The notes: generated by a model not told the origin, from the letters alone. A stretch of 64,000 bases of DNA from Octopus sinensis (GCF_006345805.1 NC_043024.1:3472001-3536000), one strand, 5' to 3'; counted from the stretch's first letter, positions 31,501-44,104 are shown. A program made the numbers and translations.

Positions 31501-34500
31501 TTGGGTGTTGATCCATTTGGCGATTTCACTCTCCGTGTCGATATCAAAGATGTCAATGGAACTGCTTTACCATCGACCATTATTTCACAACCGATTGTCA
31601 TATTCGAACCCGGCAAAGGTAATGAAAATTCTTTCTTTTTATCTTGCTTGAATTTTCCCTTCTTAAATTCTCATAATATGGAATATCAAAAGTGGTTGTT
31701 TTAGTCATTCAAGTTATTGAATGTCATTAGTTTCGTCAGTCTATAGCAGAAGTAAAAAGAACAAAAGCTGAGGCCGAACGGCTACATGCAGTCTTTTCAA
31801 GGACTATCCTCGGACTTCTGAAAAAAAGTCTAACGTTTTATTTCAAACTATACGTTGGAATATAGTTTGAATTTAATTTAATATACTTTAAAGGCTATCT
31901 TTATAACTAATTTCGAGATTTAAAAACAATATATATCTTTATCTACATTTATAATTGCTAGTTTTAAAAAATTACAATTGTGTTCAAAACATTAAAGTTC
32001 AAAGAATTTTTTTTTAGATACTGAATAATAACTTTTCGGTGGGATGTTTATAGCGAATCACCAAATTTTTATATTGTACTATCGTTTTTTTTTTTAAATT
32101 CCATTTTTAAATAATTAAAAAATTATTTTATAAATCTTTAGATTTCGGAGATATTTTCGGTTACATGGTTTGTGAGATGTCACTTAACTTCAATATGCGT
32201 TCTGTTATATAATGGTCTCCCAATTCTAGTTTCTAGTGTTGATCTGTCAATCAGCATTGATGTATAGAATATGAGCTAAACCTAATTTTGTTTGTGTATC
32301 GTCTTGTATTCCAGTTGAAACAGACGTTAAATTTGACGAAAACTTCCGTACAAGAAAAGAAGTGTCTACTCTAACAGCGAGCCAGATGGCAGCTCTGCGA
32401 GAAGCCCTGGAAAAATACGAAGCAGATAAAACAGCGAATGGCTATCAACAAGTGGCTGCCTTCCACGGTTCTACAGAATGGTGTCCCAGTCCTGACGCCG
32501 AACATAAATATGCTTGTTGTCACCATGGAATGGCCACGTTCCCACACTGGCACAGATTACTTACATTGAACTTCGAAAATGGTTTACGACGAAACGGTTA
32601 TGACGGTGGAATTCCTTACTGGGATTGGCTGAATCCGATCAGCGCACTTCCGAACCTTGTAGCTGAAGAACAATATACCGATATGAATGGCGAAACTCAC
32701 GTCAACCCATTCTTCAGTGGTTCGATCGACCATATAGGAAAGACTACATCTCGTGCTCCTTCAGCTGACCTTTTCCTCCAACCGAAATTCGGTGAATTTA
32801 CTTCTTTGACCAATGAAGTAATCTACGCTCTTGAACAGGAAGACTTTTGTTCGTTCGAAGTACAGTTTGAAATTGCACATAACCATATCCATGCTTTGGT
32901 TGGAGGTACTGAGCCCTATTCAATGTCCTCTCTCGAGTTCACTGCTTACGACCCAATCTTCTTACTGCACCACTCAAACGTCGATAGAATCTGGGCCATC
33001 TGGCAAGCTTTACAGAAACATCGAGGAAATGCATACAACTCTGCCAACTGTGCAATCGAGCTTCTTCGTCAACCGATGTCTCCTTTCAGTTTGTCAAGCG
33101 ACATCAACGTTGACTCGCAAACCCGTGAACATTCCGTTCCTTTCGATGCGTTCGACTACACGAAAAGCTTCCACTACGAATACGACTCACTTGACGTCAG
33201 TGGCATGTCCATCCCGCAATTACAGACAGAGATTAACAAACGTCGAGCTAAGGATCGTATTTTCGTTACTTTCTTACTGGAGGGTCACAAACAGTCCCTT
33301 CTCGTTGAGTATTACATCCGATTGCATGGAAGTACTGACCGAAATAAAGCTGGTGAATTCTACGTATTGGGTAGCGAGAACGAAATGCCATGGAAGTTCG
33401 ACAGAGTGTACAAAGCCGACATTACTAGACAAATGGAACACCTGCACCTCCATTACAACGATCTCTACCACATTGAATATACACTGAAAGACATGAGTGG
33501 TGCTGAAGTGACAAGTCTTGGTTTAGAACCTGCAGTCATATTTGAACCTGGATTAGGCAAGTTAAAGCTTACATTTAATTACATTCAATAATAATTCCAT
33601 CGCCGCATTAAAATTGAATCCATTTTTATCTTCTCAATTTTACAAATTCCTTTGAAAAATTAAACCCGAAATTACTTTCATTCCATAATTACATAACCGA
33701 ATATTTAATGTCATATTAGCCACACTCCTCCCTACACACAGAATGGTTCATAATTCAATTGGTCTGAAAATATTTTAGATGGCTCTACAAACACTATCGT
33801 CGAAGCTTTGATTAAATGACATTTCTGTATTTTTACTTTCTTTTCGTTTTTCGTTTTTCGTAGGTCATTATGGCGAAGACCGTGCCTGGATCGAACCTGT
33901 GACGAGTGCTAATCGAATCAGGAAGAATTTGGAAGATTTGGATGTCGGTGAAATTGAATCTCTGAGAAATGCTTTCAAACAGATCAAGATGGATGGTACA
34001 TATGAAAGAATAGCAGCTTTCCACGGACTTCCTGCTAAATGTCCGAACGAAGACGGTAGCAAAGTGTACACGTGTTGTTTGCACGGTATGCCCAACTTCC
34101 TTCATTGGCATCGTTTATATACGGTGTCTGTTGAGCATGAACTGTTGGCTAGAGGTTCTTCAGTTGCCGTTCCGTACTGGGATTGGCTGAAGTCTTTCGA
34201 CGAATTACCGAAACTTATCAACGAAGCTACGTTCTATAATTCACGCACTCTTCACATTGAGTCCAATCCTTTCTTCAATGGAAAGATATCATTTGAAAAC
34301 ACAGAAACTGACCGTGACCCTCAACCGAATCTCTTCGGAAACAGCTATTTTTATGAACATGCACTGTTCGCCTTTGAACAAACAGACTTTTGTGAATTTG
34401 CCACTCACTTAGAAGTCCTTCATAACAGTCTCCACTCTTGGCTTGGTGGTCGAGATCCTCATTCCATGTCGTCACTTGATTATGCAGCCTACGACCCCGT

Positions 34501-36382
34501 TTTCTTCCTTCATCATAGCAACATGGATCGTCTCTGGGCCATTTGGCAGGAACTGCAACGCTACCGTAAATTACCCTATAACAGTGCCAACTGTGCTCTT
34601 GGACTGCTCAACCAACCAATGCGTCCTTTCAGCAACAAAACTGCAAACTCCAATCTTTTGACCTTCACTCATAGCAGAGCAAACGATGTGTTCGACTATC
34701 AGAATGTGCTTCATTACAAATACGACTCACTCGCTTTCAACGGTCTCACTGTTATTCAACTGGAAAATCTCTTGCAACACAACAGACACCAACAAGATCG
34801 TGTTTTTGCAGCATTCTTGTTGCACGGGGTGAAAGCTTCTGCCGATGTTAGAATTTACATATGTGCTCCGACTGGCCGGAACCAAGAGAACTGTGCCAAC
34901 TACGCCGGAGTGTTTTCCATCTTGGGAGGAGAATCGGAAATGCCATGGAGATTCACTCACCTCTTCCGTTACGAGATCACTGATTCACTAATGAAATTAG
35001 GGCTCAACCACAATAGTCACTTCCGTATTTCAACAGAAGTTAGAGCTGTAAATGGATCGAAGATAGAAAAGAAAATATTTCCAGAACCAACCATTATATT
35101 TGTTCCGAAACATGGTAAGATAAACTTTCTATCACATCCAATATATTTTCATGTTCCTATGCTTGGAGATTTCCTTCTTTTAATTTACATATTTTAAAAA
35201 AATTATTGTTTTTGTAAAATGCTTGCTTATTTCTTGAATTGATGTAAGATTTATTGTCGTTTTGCAGGTGCCCATTCCGAGAGCGACGAGAAGAAATTGG
35301 TACGAGCAAACCTTATAAGAAAGAATATAAATCGTTTATCTCTTGAGGAAATCGATTCTCTTATGCACGCTTTAAAACGAATGCAAAAGGACAAGTCTTC
35401 AGACGGTTTCGAAAGCATAGCAACTTTCCACGCTCTTCCACCGATGTGTCCGAACCCAACAGCGAAACATCGCTACGCCTGTTGCCTCCACGGTATGGCC
35501 ACTTTCCCTCAATGGCACCGTCTGTTTGTCGTTCAGTTCGAGCAAGCTTTGCAAAGACACGGCGCCAAAGTCGGTGTTCCCTACTGGGACTGGACTTATC
35601 CAATGTCAGAAATACCCAGCTTCCTCGCCTTAGAGAAATACGTCAACCCATACACAGGTATCGAAATGTTCAACCCTTTTAACCACGGTCACATATCATA
35701 TATCAGCAAAGAGACTATGACCCACCGTGATATCAGCCCACATATGTTTGAAAAACCCGAATTGGGAAAACAAACTTGGTTGTTCAATAACATTATTTTG
35801 GCTTTAGAACAAACGGATTATTGCGAGTTTGAAATTCAATTCGAGGTCGTTCATAATGCTATCCATTCTTGGCTGGGTGGTAAAGAAATGTACTCGATGA
35901 ACCACCTACATTACGCTGCTTATGACCCAGCTTTTTACTCCCATCACGCCAACGTCGACCGCCTGTGGGTTATTTGGCAGGAACTTCAGAAGTTAAGAGG
36001 TCTTCCGGCTTACGAATCCAACTGTGCTATTGAAATGATGTCGAAGCCACTGAAACCTTTCTCGTTCGGTCCTCCCTACAATTTGAACCCTCACACCTAT
36101 AAATACTCTACGCCCTCAGCCGTCTTCAAGTACAAAGAACATTTCCACTATGAATACGATATGCTGGAAATGAATGGCATGTCGGTTGCACAACTGGAAG
36201 CTTACATCAGGACTCAGAAGCAAAGAGAACGAATGTTCGCAGGGTTCTTATTGAAAGGAATCGGTCAGTCGGCCTATGCTACTTTCCAGGTAAGTTTACG
36301 CCGCCTTTGCAAACCTGAACGACACAGCACTTGGGTTAATATCGAAAATGCATTATTCATCACACACACACACACACACACA

Positions 36383-36414
<32 letters not shown>

Positions 36415-36984
36415 GCACACACACATCTACACATCAACTACACGTATACACACAGACAGACATATACGCGCACACATACACACGTCGGACGCAACATATA
36501 CGTGAAGACAAAAAGCATAAACACATCTTACCGTACACTCACTGAGAAACAGTAATACAAACACATTAACACACACTAACATAAACGCATGCATACACAC
36601 ACTAACCAGATTTTCGTCTCTGCACTTAGGTTTACTTTCTCATCACTAACACTCTCCGCCATTCCTTTCCGTAAAAATAACCCAAAATCAATTTCTTTCT
36701 TTCAGGTTTGTGATAAAAAGAATTCGTGTCACGACGGCAGCCATTTCTCCATTTTGGGTGGAAGCGCGGAGATGTCATGGGCTTTTGATCGTCTTTATGT
36801 GATGGAAATTACCGATATTCTTCATGATATGGGATTGAAATTCGATTCTCATTTCCACATCCATCACCATATCAAGACAGCTAATGGAACTGATTTACCA
36901 TCAGACTTAATCCCACAGGCAACCATTATTCGTATTCCTGCAATGAGTAAGTCGTTCTCATTTCCCTTTATTATTCTCCTTCCA

Positions 36985-37078
<94 letters not shown>

Positions 37079-37132
37079 GTCTGTCTGTCTGTCTATCTAT
37101 CTGTCTATCTATCTATCAATCTATTTATCAAT

Positions 37133-37171
<39 letters not shown>

Positions 37172-38165
37172 CCTCTCTCCATTTTCTTCTCTCTTTGATC
37201 TGTCGTATCATTTCTAGATTCTCTTGTTTAAATGTTATCTCGCCTTTCCTTCTAAACAGGACTAGAGAAACAAAGATTTATTCCACACAACAGAATTCGC
37301 AAAAACATCAACTCCTTAGAAGAACGAGATGTCCAAAATATCATGTCTGCTTTAACACGTATGAAGGAAGATGAGAGCAATTTCGGATTCCAGACTGTCG
37401 CAAGTTATCACGGTTCTACAATGTGTCCAGATCCAGAGAACGCGAAATACGCCTGTTGCCAACATGGTATGGCAACTTTCCCTCATTGGCATCGTATCTA
37501 TGCACTGCAATTCGAAGAGGCTCTACGAAGACATGGTTCCAATGTTGCAATTCCTTACTGGGATTGGACAACGCATTCTGAAAAGTTACCAAGTGTTTTG
37601 TCCAGGTCTGATTACTATGACGCTTGGAATGATGTTGTGATTGAGAACCCTTTCCTCAGGGGTTACATCAAATCAGAAGATACATACACTGTACGTGATG
37701 TTCAACAGGAATTATTTGAACTGGCAAAGGGAGGTGAAACGTCTTTGCTGTACGATCAAGTTCTACTAATGCTGGAACAGGAAGATTTCTGCGATTTTGA
37801 AGTCCAATTCGAAGTCGTTCACAATTCTATTCATTATCTCTTGGGTGGTCACCAGAAATATGCCATGTCCAGTTTGGTATACAGCTCTTTCGACCCTATA
37901 TTTTACATCCACCATTCTATGGTAAGTGAAGCTTCATTGATATTTCTTCTTTGCTTACGCTCTGAGTTGAGTTCAAATGCCAGTGTGGTCGACATTGTCT
38001 CTCATCACTTCGGGGTCGATAAAATAGTACCAGTCAAACTTTGGATCTGTTGTAGTCGACTAGCCCTTATTCGTGACAATATAAGGCCTTGTGCTCATAT
38101 CAGAAGAGAACTGAGGTCGGTATTATCAGCTCCGAAATTGCTGGCCTTGTGCCAAAGTTTGAAAC

Positions 38166-38218
<53 letters not shown>

Positions 38219-41200
38219 CGGCGAGCTTAGCCCCATTTCGTCCGTCCTCGTGTTCTCAGTTCAAATTCTACCGGAGTTGATTTTGCCGTTCATATTTTCG
38301 GAGGTCGATAATATAAGTACCAGTGAAACACTGGGGTCGATGTACCCAACTACTCCACTTGCCACGAAACGGTCTTGTGCCCGTAATAGAAAATATTCCT
38401 CTTGTTATAGTTGTTGCTGTCGTTCTGTGAGGGACATGAATTCTTCAACATCTTACACACTTTACTGGAACTGAACGTTTAAATAGCAATCAATGAGGGT
38501 TTTTTTACATTCCAATTCTTTTCTCTCAGATAAAGAACTGTCATTCTATACGGCGTTCATTTAAAATGCAATTTGGTTTCGTTATCATGTCCCCAAGGCG
38601 GCGAGCTGGCAGAAACGTTAGCACGCCGGGCGAAACGCTTTGCGGTGTTTCGTCTGTCTTTACGTTATGAGTTCAAATTCCGCCGAAGTCGACTTTACCT
38701 TTCATCCTTTCGGGGTCGATTAAATAAGTACCAGTTACGCATTGGGGTCGATATAAACGATTTAATTTGTTTGTCTGTCCTTGTTTGTCCTCTCTGTGGG
38801 TAGTAAAGAAATAGGTATTTCGTCTGTCTTTACGTTCTGAGTTCAAATTCCGCCGAGGTCGACTTTGCTTTCATCCTTTCGGAGTCGATAAATTAAGTAC
38901 CAGTTACGTACTGGAGTCGATCTAATTGGCTGCCGTCTCCCACCAAATTTCGAACCTTGTGCCTAGAGTAGAAAAGATTATCATGTCCCCATTAGACAAT
39001 AATAAACCAGTTGGGTATATATACCTCTTACTTTCCAGTGTTAACCTACATATATATACATACATACATGCATACGTACATACATACATACATACATACA
39101 TACATACATACATACATACATACATACATACATACATACGTGTAATTTCATATGTATTATCTCTTGTGTGTTTTATAATAAAATGACCGGAAGTGTTTGA
39201 CTTTGTTTTATCATATTTGTTTCAGGTCGACCGTATTTGGGCAATTTGGCAAGAATTACAAGAATACAGAAAGATGCCGTTCGACAAAGCTTACTGTGCC
39301 CTTGATCAAATGTCTTTGGCTATGAAACCATTCACCTGGGAATCAAATCCCAATTTGGCCACGCGAGCTTTGGCCACACCAAGTATGTTGTTTGATTACA
39401 AACGTTTTGGGTATAAATACGACAATCTCGAGTTCCATGAAATGGATACTGAACATTTGGAAATAGAAATTCAGAAATTGAAACAGAAAGACCGTGTATT
39501 CGCCACTTTCTTACTCCACGGCATCAAAACCTCGGCCGACGTCCACCTGAAATTATGTGACGACAAGAGTTGTTCAGCAGCTGGTGTTGTGTTCATTTTG
39601 GGTGGAGAAACTGAAATGCCATGGCATTTTGATAGAACATATAAAATGGACATCACAAAGGTTATGAAAGAGAAAGGTATCGCTATGGAATCTCTTTTCC
39701 ATCACGACAGTAAAGTACATTTGGAGATGGAAATTATAACAATAGATGGCACTGTTTTAGACCAGAATTCTTTGCCTAAACCGTCGTTGGTATATTCTCC
39801 TGCTAAAGGTAAGACAATTGTTTTAATGAGTTCATCTTTACTTTAAATATAGATATGATCCATCTTTCTTCGGTACTTCATAGCTTGCTCTGTTTTCTTT
39901 TACAGGATCTGTGCACCAACATCATCATCATCATAAGGAATACGCCGAGGGAACAATTGTTAGGAAGAACGTTAACAGTCTGACACCGTCAGAGATTGAC
40001 AACTTAAGACATGCTCTAAGCGATGTAATGGCTGACAAATCTGAGAACGGTTACCAGAAGATTGCAGCTTATCATGGCATGCCACTTAGCTGTAAATACC
40101 CGAACGGTACGGCATATGCTTGCTGTCAACATGGAATGGTAACATTCCCTCACTGGCATAGATTGTTTGTGAAGCAAATGGAAGACGCTTTGAAACTGAA
40201 AGGTGCCAAAACAGGTATTCCTTACTGGGATTGGACGACGCCGTTCACTGATCTGCCAACATTGATCACTGAAGAGACAGACAATCCGTTTCATCACGCA
40301 CATATTGATTCAGTTGATGAGATAACGACTAGAGCGCCGCGACACCAACTATTTGAAGGTCGACATTTCTTCTACGATCAAATGATGTTTGCACTAGAAC
40401 AAACTAATTTCTGCGACTTTGAAATCCAGTTCGAAATCTCCCATAATGCCATTCACTCGTGGGTAGGAGGCAGCTCTCCTTACAGCATGTCAACTCTTCA
40501 TTACACCTCATACGATCCACTCTTTTACTTACATCATTCAAACGTGGATCGTATCTGGGCCATCTGGCAAGCCTTGCAGAAATATCGAGGACTTCCGTAT
40601 GATAGTGCCAACTGCGAAATCCACAGACTTAAAAAACCTCTCAATCCTTTCAGTTCCGATGCCAACCACAACGAGCAAACCAGAACTCATTCGACAGGAG
40701 AATCTTCTTTCGATTATCACAAATTACACTATGACTATGATAACCTCATCTTCCATGGTATGACGATTCCACAGTTGGAAACAGAATTAATGAAATCCAA
40801 AAAGAAAGACCGAGTCTATGCTGGTTTCTTATTGCGTACCATTGGACAATCTGCTGATGTCGAATTCGAAGTATGTCGCAAAGACGGAGAATGCAAATTT
40901 GCAGGCACGTTTTGCATTTTAGGCGGCAAGCACGAGATGTTCTGGGCGTTTGATCGACTGTATAAATACGACATTACCAGCACTTTAGAACAGCTCCGTC
41001 TCCATGCTCACGATCAGTTCAGTATAACAGTCTCTATAAAGGCTACTGATGGAAGTACCCTGGCTCCCAGCCTGATACCACCACCAAGTATCATGTACCA
41101 TCCAGCTGCAGGTCAGTTATCTTACATTTGGCCATTTTTATTCTTTTTAAATCAATTCTTATTTTTTCGTAACTATTCTCTGGTGCATTTCCAATGATTT

Positions 41201-41512
41201 ATTTATTCATCTTGGTTTCTTTCTTTTTCAAATATTTCTAAATTGCATCAATAAAATATATCGTTGAAAAAAATATAACTTGATCACTTAAACAATTCTC
41301 TGATACCATATGTCGTTTAATTAATTCCATCTTTTCTAAACATGGTTAGCATCTAATATCTAATCTTGCCATATCTTTATATCTCATAGTAACTCTCACA
41401 CGCTAAATTGGAATTTCGTTGAACAAGAAAGAATAACCGTTTCTCACGGACCTCGCGCGCGCGCACTATTTCATCCAATTTAATATGTCTTTCTTTTGTT
41501 TTTCCAGCTTGA
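25520..41512 (+). CDS. Molluscan (octopod-type) hemocyanin subunit, 7 functional units a-g; join(25520-25570,25707-25737,27371-28603,29732-30194,30837-31618,32315-33556,33864-35114,35268-36289,36706-36946,37260-37921,39226-39808,39906-41111,41508-41512); 2923 aa
   Basis: Seven tandem type-3 copper units, each with H..C..CCxHG..F..WHR (CuA, Cys-His thioether motif) and HNxxH..HH (CuB). Splice sites were checked by hand; exon lengths sum to 8772 nt (divisible by 3) with compatible phases. Phase-1 linker introns plus internal introns in FU-b, e and f match the published Octopus dofleini gene architecture as I recall it. Confidence 0.97.
25707..25737 (+). CDS. Hemocyanin exon 2, signal peptide part 2 ([10 protein letters not shown]+G)
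   Basis: tttccccacag acceptor, 31 nt, gtgagt donor; phase 0 in and phase 1 out, joining exon 1 to FU-a exactly. Confidence 0.85.
26367..26950 (-). mobile_element. Tc1-family DNA transposon 3' relic in hemocyanin intron 2
   Basis: [14 protein letters not shown] (WPSQSPDLNPIE motif), [18 protein letters not shown]; TA|CAGTACCGCGCAAAAG TIR end. Confidence 0.8.
27120..27225. repeat. (TATG)n in hemocyanin intron 2
   Basis: Direct reading; other tetranucleotide tracts at 13322-13392 (GATA), 36985-37120 (TCTA), 39060-39140 (CATA). Confidence 0.95.
27371..28603 (+). CDS. Hemocyanin FU-a exon
   Basis: ccttcag acceptor; [11 protein letters not shown]...AYHGEPADC...[14 protein letters not shown]...HNPVH...HHSN; gtaagt donor, phase 1. 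Confidence 0.96.
29732..31618 (+). CDS. Hemocyanin FU-b, two exons (29732-30194, 30837-31618) with a phase-2 internal intron
   Basis: [14 protein letters not shown] in the first exon; junction DVDPAG|gtttgt ... tgtag|A gives DVDPR-LLIQ; HNFVH and HHAQ in the second exon. Confidence 0.95.
32315..33556 (+). CDS. Hemocyanin FU-c exon
   Basis: ttccag acceptor; [23 protein letters not shown]; ends at G|gcaagt (GC donor). Confidence 0.93.
33864..35114 (+). CDS. Hemocyanin FU-d exon
   Basis: tttcgtag acceptor; [23 protein letters not shown]; gtaaga donor, phase 1. Confidence 0.95.
35268..36946 (+). CDS. Hemocyanin FU-e, two exons (35268-36289, 36706-36946) with a phase-0 internal intron
   Basis: [23 protein letters not shown]; CAG|gtaagt ... 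ttcag|GTT (FQ-VCDK). Confidence 0.95.
37260..39808 (+). CDS. Hemocyanin FU-f, two exons (37260-37921, 39226-39808) with a phase-0 internal intron
   Basis: [19 protein letters not shown]; HHSM|gtaagt ... ttcag|VDRIW. Confidence 0.95.
38594..38950 (+). mobile_element. SINE family 2 copy in the hemocyanin FU-f internal intron
   Basis: Matches 11913-12290, including its partial tandem repeat of the body. Confidence 0.8.
39906..41111 (+). CDS. Hemocyanin FU-g exon
   Basis: tacag acceptor; [13 protein letters not shown]...[22 protein letters not shown]...[10 protein letters not shown]...HHSN, closely resembling Octopus FU-g; G|gtcagt donor after HPAA. Confidence 0.95.
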
Positions 41513-41707
41513 AATCCTCTTTTTAATAGCTCCTCTACTTTTCTGATATGAAACATCGAAGAACGCTCTCTGACGTAACATTTTTTCCCCAACGGTAATG
41601 ATCATAAGGAACTTTACGGCTATAACGCCAATCCAAGGAATATTTCCCAACACTGAAACTGCTTTTTGGATTACGTTTATTGGAAATTTACTCTTTATGC
41701 TAATAAA
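41508..41707 (+). other. Hemocyanin terminal exon (last 2 coding nt, TGA at 41510-41512, 3' UTR, AATAAA at 41702-41707)
   Basis: Long polypyrimidine tract tctttcttttgtttttccag; G+CT=Ala followed by TGA; canonical poly(A) signal ~190 nt later. Confidence 0.75.
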
Positions 41708-41790
41708 TCTACCATGAATACTCAATCTTGCTTTGTTCTTCTACCTATTTAAGATTTAAGAGATGTACATTTATATTTAATACGCTCGCG

Positions 41791-42608
41791 GGATCTTTTC
41801 CCTTTGAACGGCATATGTCAACACAATTTCTAGTTAACTAAACACTTTTAAACTCCGTATACTGGTAGAATGTATCAAAATAAAACATCATATTTTTCTT
41901 GGCTTTATTGAGAAAATTCTATAGTTTGTAACATATTTCCACTTTAAAATCGAGCATTTCGGCAATTTTAACCAATCAAATACGTCCATTTGGAATCAAA
42001 ACATACCGTGCTGTATGAATATGTCCCTTGTTTAAGAAACAGATTGGGCTTATTTACATTTGCGAAGAAAAAAAGATACCCTTCCCCTACCCCTAACCCT
42101 AACCATAACTCTAAACCTAACCCTAAAATAGATTGAAATGCAAAGATCGATACTAGGGTTATAATTATGGGTGACAATTTCATACGATACCGCTACGGAA
42201 AAAGGGATTTTTTTTAGCGGTGTCAAATGAAAATGTCACCCATAATTATAACCCTAGTATCGATCTTTGCATTTCAATCTAATTTAGGGTTAGAGTTAGG
42301 GTTAGGGGTGGTGGAAGGGTATCTTTTTTTTCTTCGCAAATGTAAATAAACCCAATCTATTTCTTAAACAAGGGACATATTCATACAGCACGGTATGTTT
42401 TGATTCCAAATGGATGTATTTGATTGGTTAAAATTGCCGAAATGCTCGATTTTAAAGTGGAAATATGTTACAAACTATAGAATTTTCTCAATAAAGCCAA
42501 GAAAAAAATGATGTTTTATTTTGATACATTCTACCAGTATACGAAGTTTAAAAGTGTTTAGTTAACTAGAAATTGTGTTGACATATGCCGTTCAAATGGA
42601 AAAGATCC
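41791..42608. mobile_element. ~820-bp palindromic foldback element, GGATC...GATCC termini, 8-bp TSD CGCTCGCG
   Basis: ~400-bp inverted arms; identical 8-mer at 41783-41790 and 42609-42616. Confidence 0.88.
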
Positions 42609-44104
42609 CGCTCGCGTACACTGAAACGTGGAAACATCTTCGTTACGGTAACTGGCTCGGAGGAGAATACTTCCTTACAGACAATGTGTGTAAAAACACA
42701 TCGAGCTGGATTAGCTGTTATGTTGTCGAACTTCCTCTACATTAAACACAGCATCTGTCGTTCGTAGCCGCTGTAGCGTGCAGCCATTCAAATAGTGGCG
42801 CTAATTTGTGACTGCCGGCAATATGACATAATGTCGTATTGCCGAGGAAATATGATTGGTTGAAATAACTGCTCATATTGGAATTCTGAAAATTAGTTAA
42901 AGAATATTTTTATGCGATTTTAATTGTTAAAAGTCAAGTTGAGCAGTTATAAAAACCCTGGATTTTGGGGGAAAAACCTGAGAAGAAAAAAAAAGATACC
43001 CTTCCCCCCACCCCAAACCCTAAAACAGATTGAAATGCAATAGATCGATACTAGGGTCATAATTATGGGTGACAATTTCATTTGACACCGCTAGAAAAGA
43101 TCCGGACGGCTTTATCAATATCAACTTTCACCCAAGACAATTAAAATAGGCATGCGTAAATGAGTGTAAAATAAGCAGCCTTAAAATAACGACTATCTAA
43201 ACTACTATAACTGTAGAAAAACTGGTGACTATAAATATACCACTAAGAACAACTGCTCTTATTATGTAAACAACAAATAAGAAATATCCACTCGTGAGTG
43301 AACAGGAATGTATTATATATGATTGTACACAACTTTCTTTTAATCCTCACTGATTTCTGCGTCTATATTTATTTGATTTTTGAAGTTACACTTCTTCTGG
43401 CGGAACGTTCTCTCACTCTCTCTCTTTTGTGCATGCCCGTTGCTAAAGGGATGCTCTGTACAGCAATGCCTCCTCTCTAGTCAATGGTGCACCCTCAGAT
43501 TTACAGTAATACACTTATTTCAAAACTCCACTTTAGCATTATTACAAATTAGTGTCAACCCAGAATATTCTGAAGCACTCACAGATACCAAACTTTGGCG
43601 ACGAGCTTGCTTCTATTAATATGACTGTATGTATGTATGTACGTATTTCTTTGAATTTTATTAAAGTTCTTCTTAAGACAGTTCAAAAGAGATTCTTTGA
43701 GTTAAGAGTATTTGTAAATATGTGGTTCGGTCGGTAGGTCGGTTCAACTGTCGATGTATACACCCTATTGTGTATACATCTAAAGACCCTTTGGAATGTT
43801 TTACAAATCTTCACTGTACCACTAATAGATTGTATTTGGCGAATTCGTGTCAAGTTTCTTTTGTTCTTTCTTCCAAAAACCTAGTCTTTCTAAGTTCTGT
43901 GTGTGAGGGAGAGAAAAAGAAAATGGAATTCACGAGACTCTTTACTAATCATTAAATCGCTTCAACCCATTGTGCATCGCTGTCACTTTGATGGCATCGG
44001 GTAGTCGAATACTGGGAACGGGCTTTAAACGGCATACTACAGAGTGTATACCAAACTTTAAATTATTACTTTATATATATATATATATATAATTTATGCG
44101 CCCT

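Noticed and set aside
32324-32324. Alternative phase-1 acceptor for FU-c (aaacag)
   Set aside because: In frame but lacks the polypyrimidine tract present at 32315; it would remove only 3 linker residues.
41112-41197. Read-through C-terminus [15 protein letters not shown]...
   Set aside because: It is T-rich, intron-like sequence after a good phase-1 donor; the spliced Ala-stop model is preferred, though unconfirmed.
42085-42130. Interstitial telomere (CCCTAA)n
   Set aside because: Only a few degenerate hexamers, which are part of the foldback element arms in both copies.
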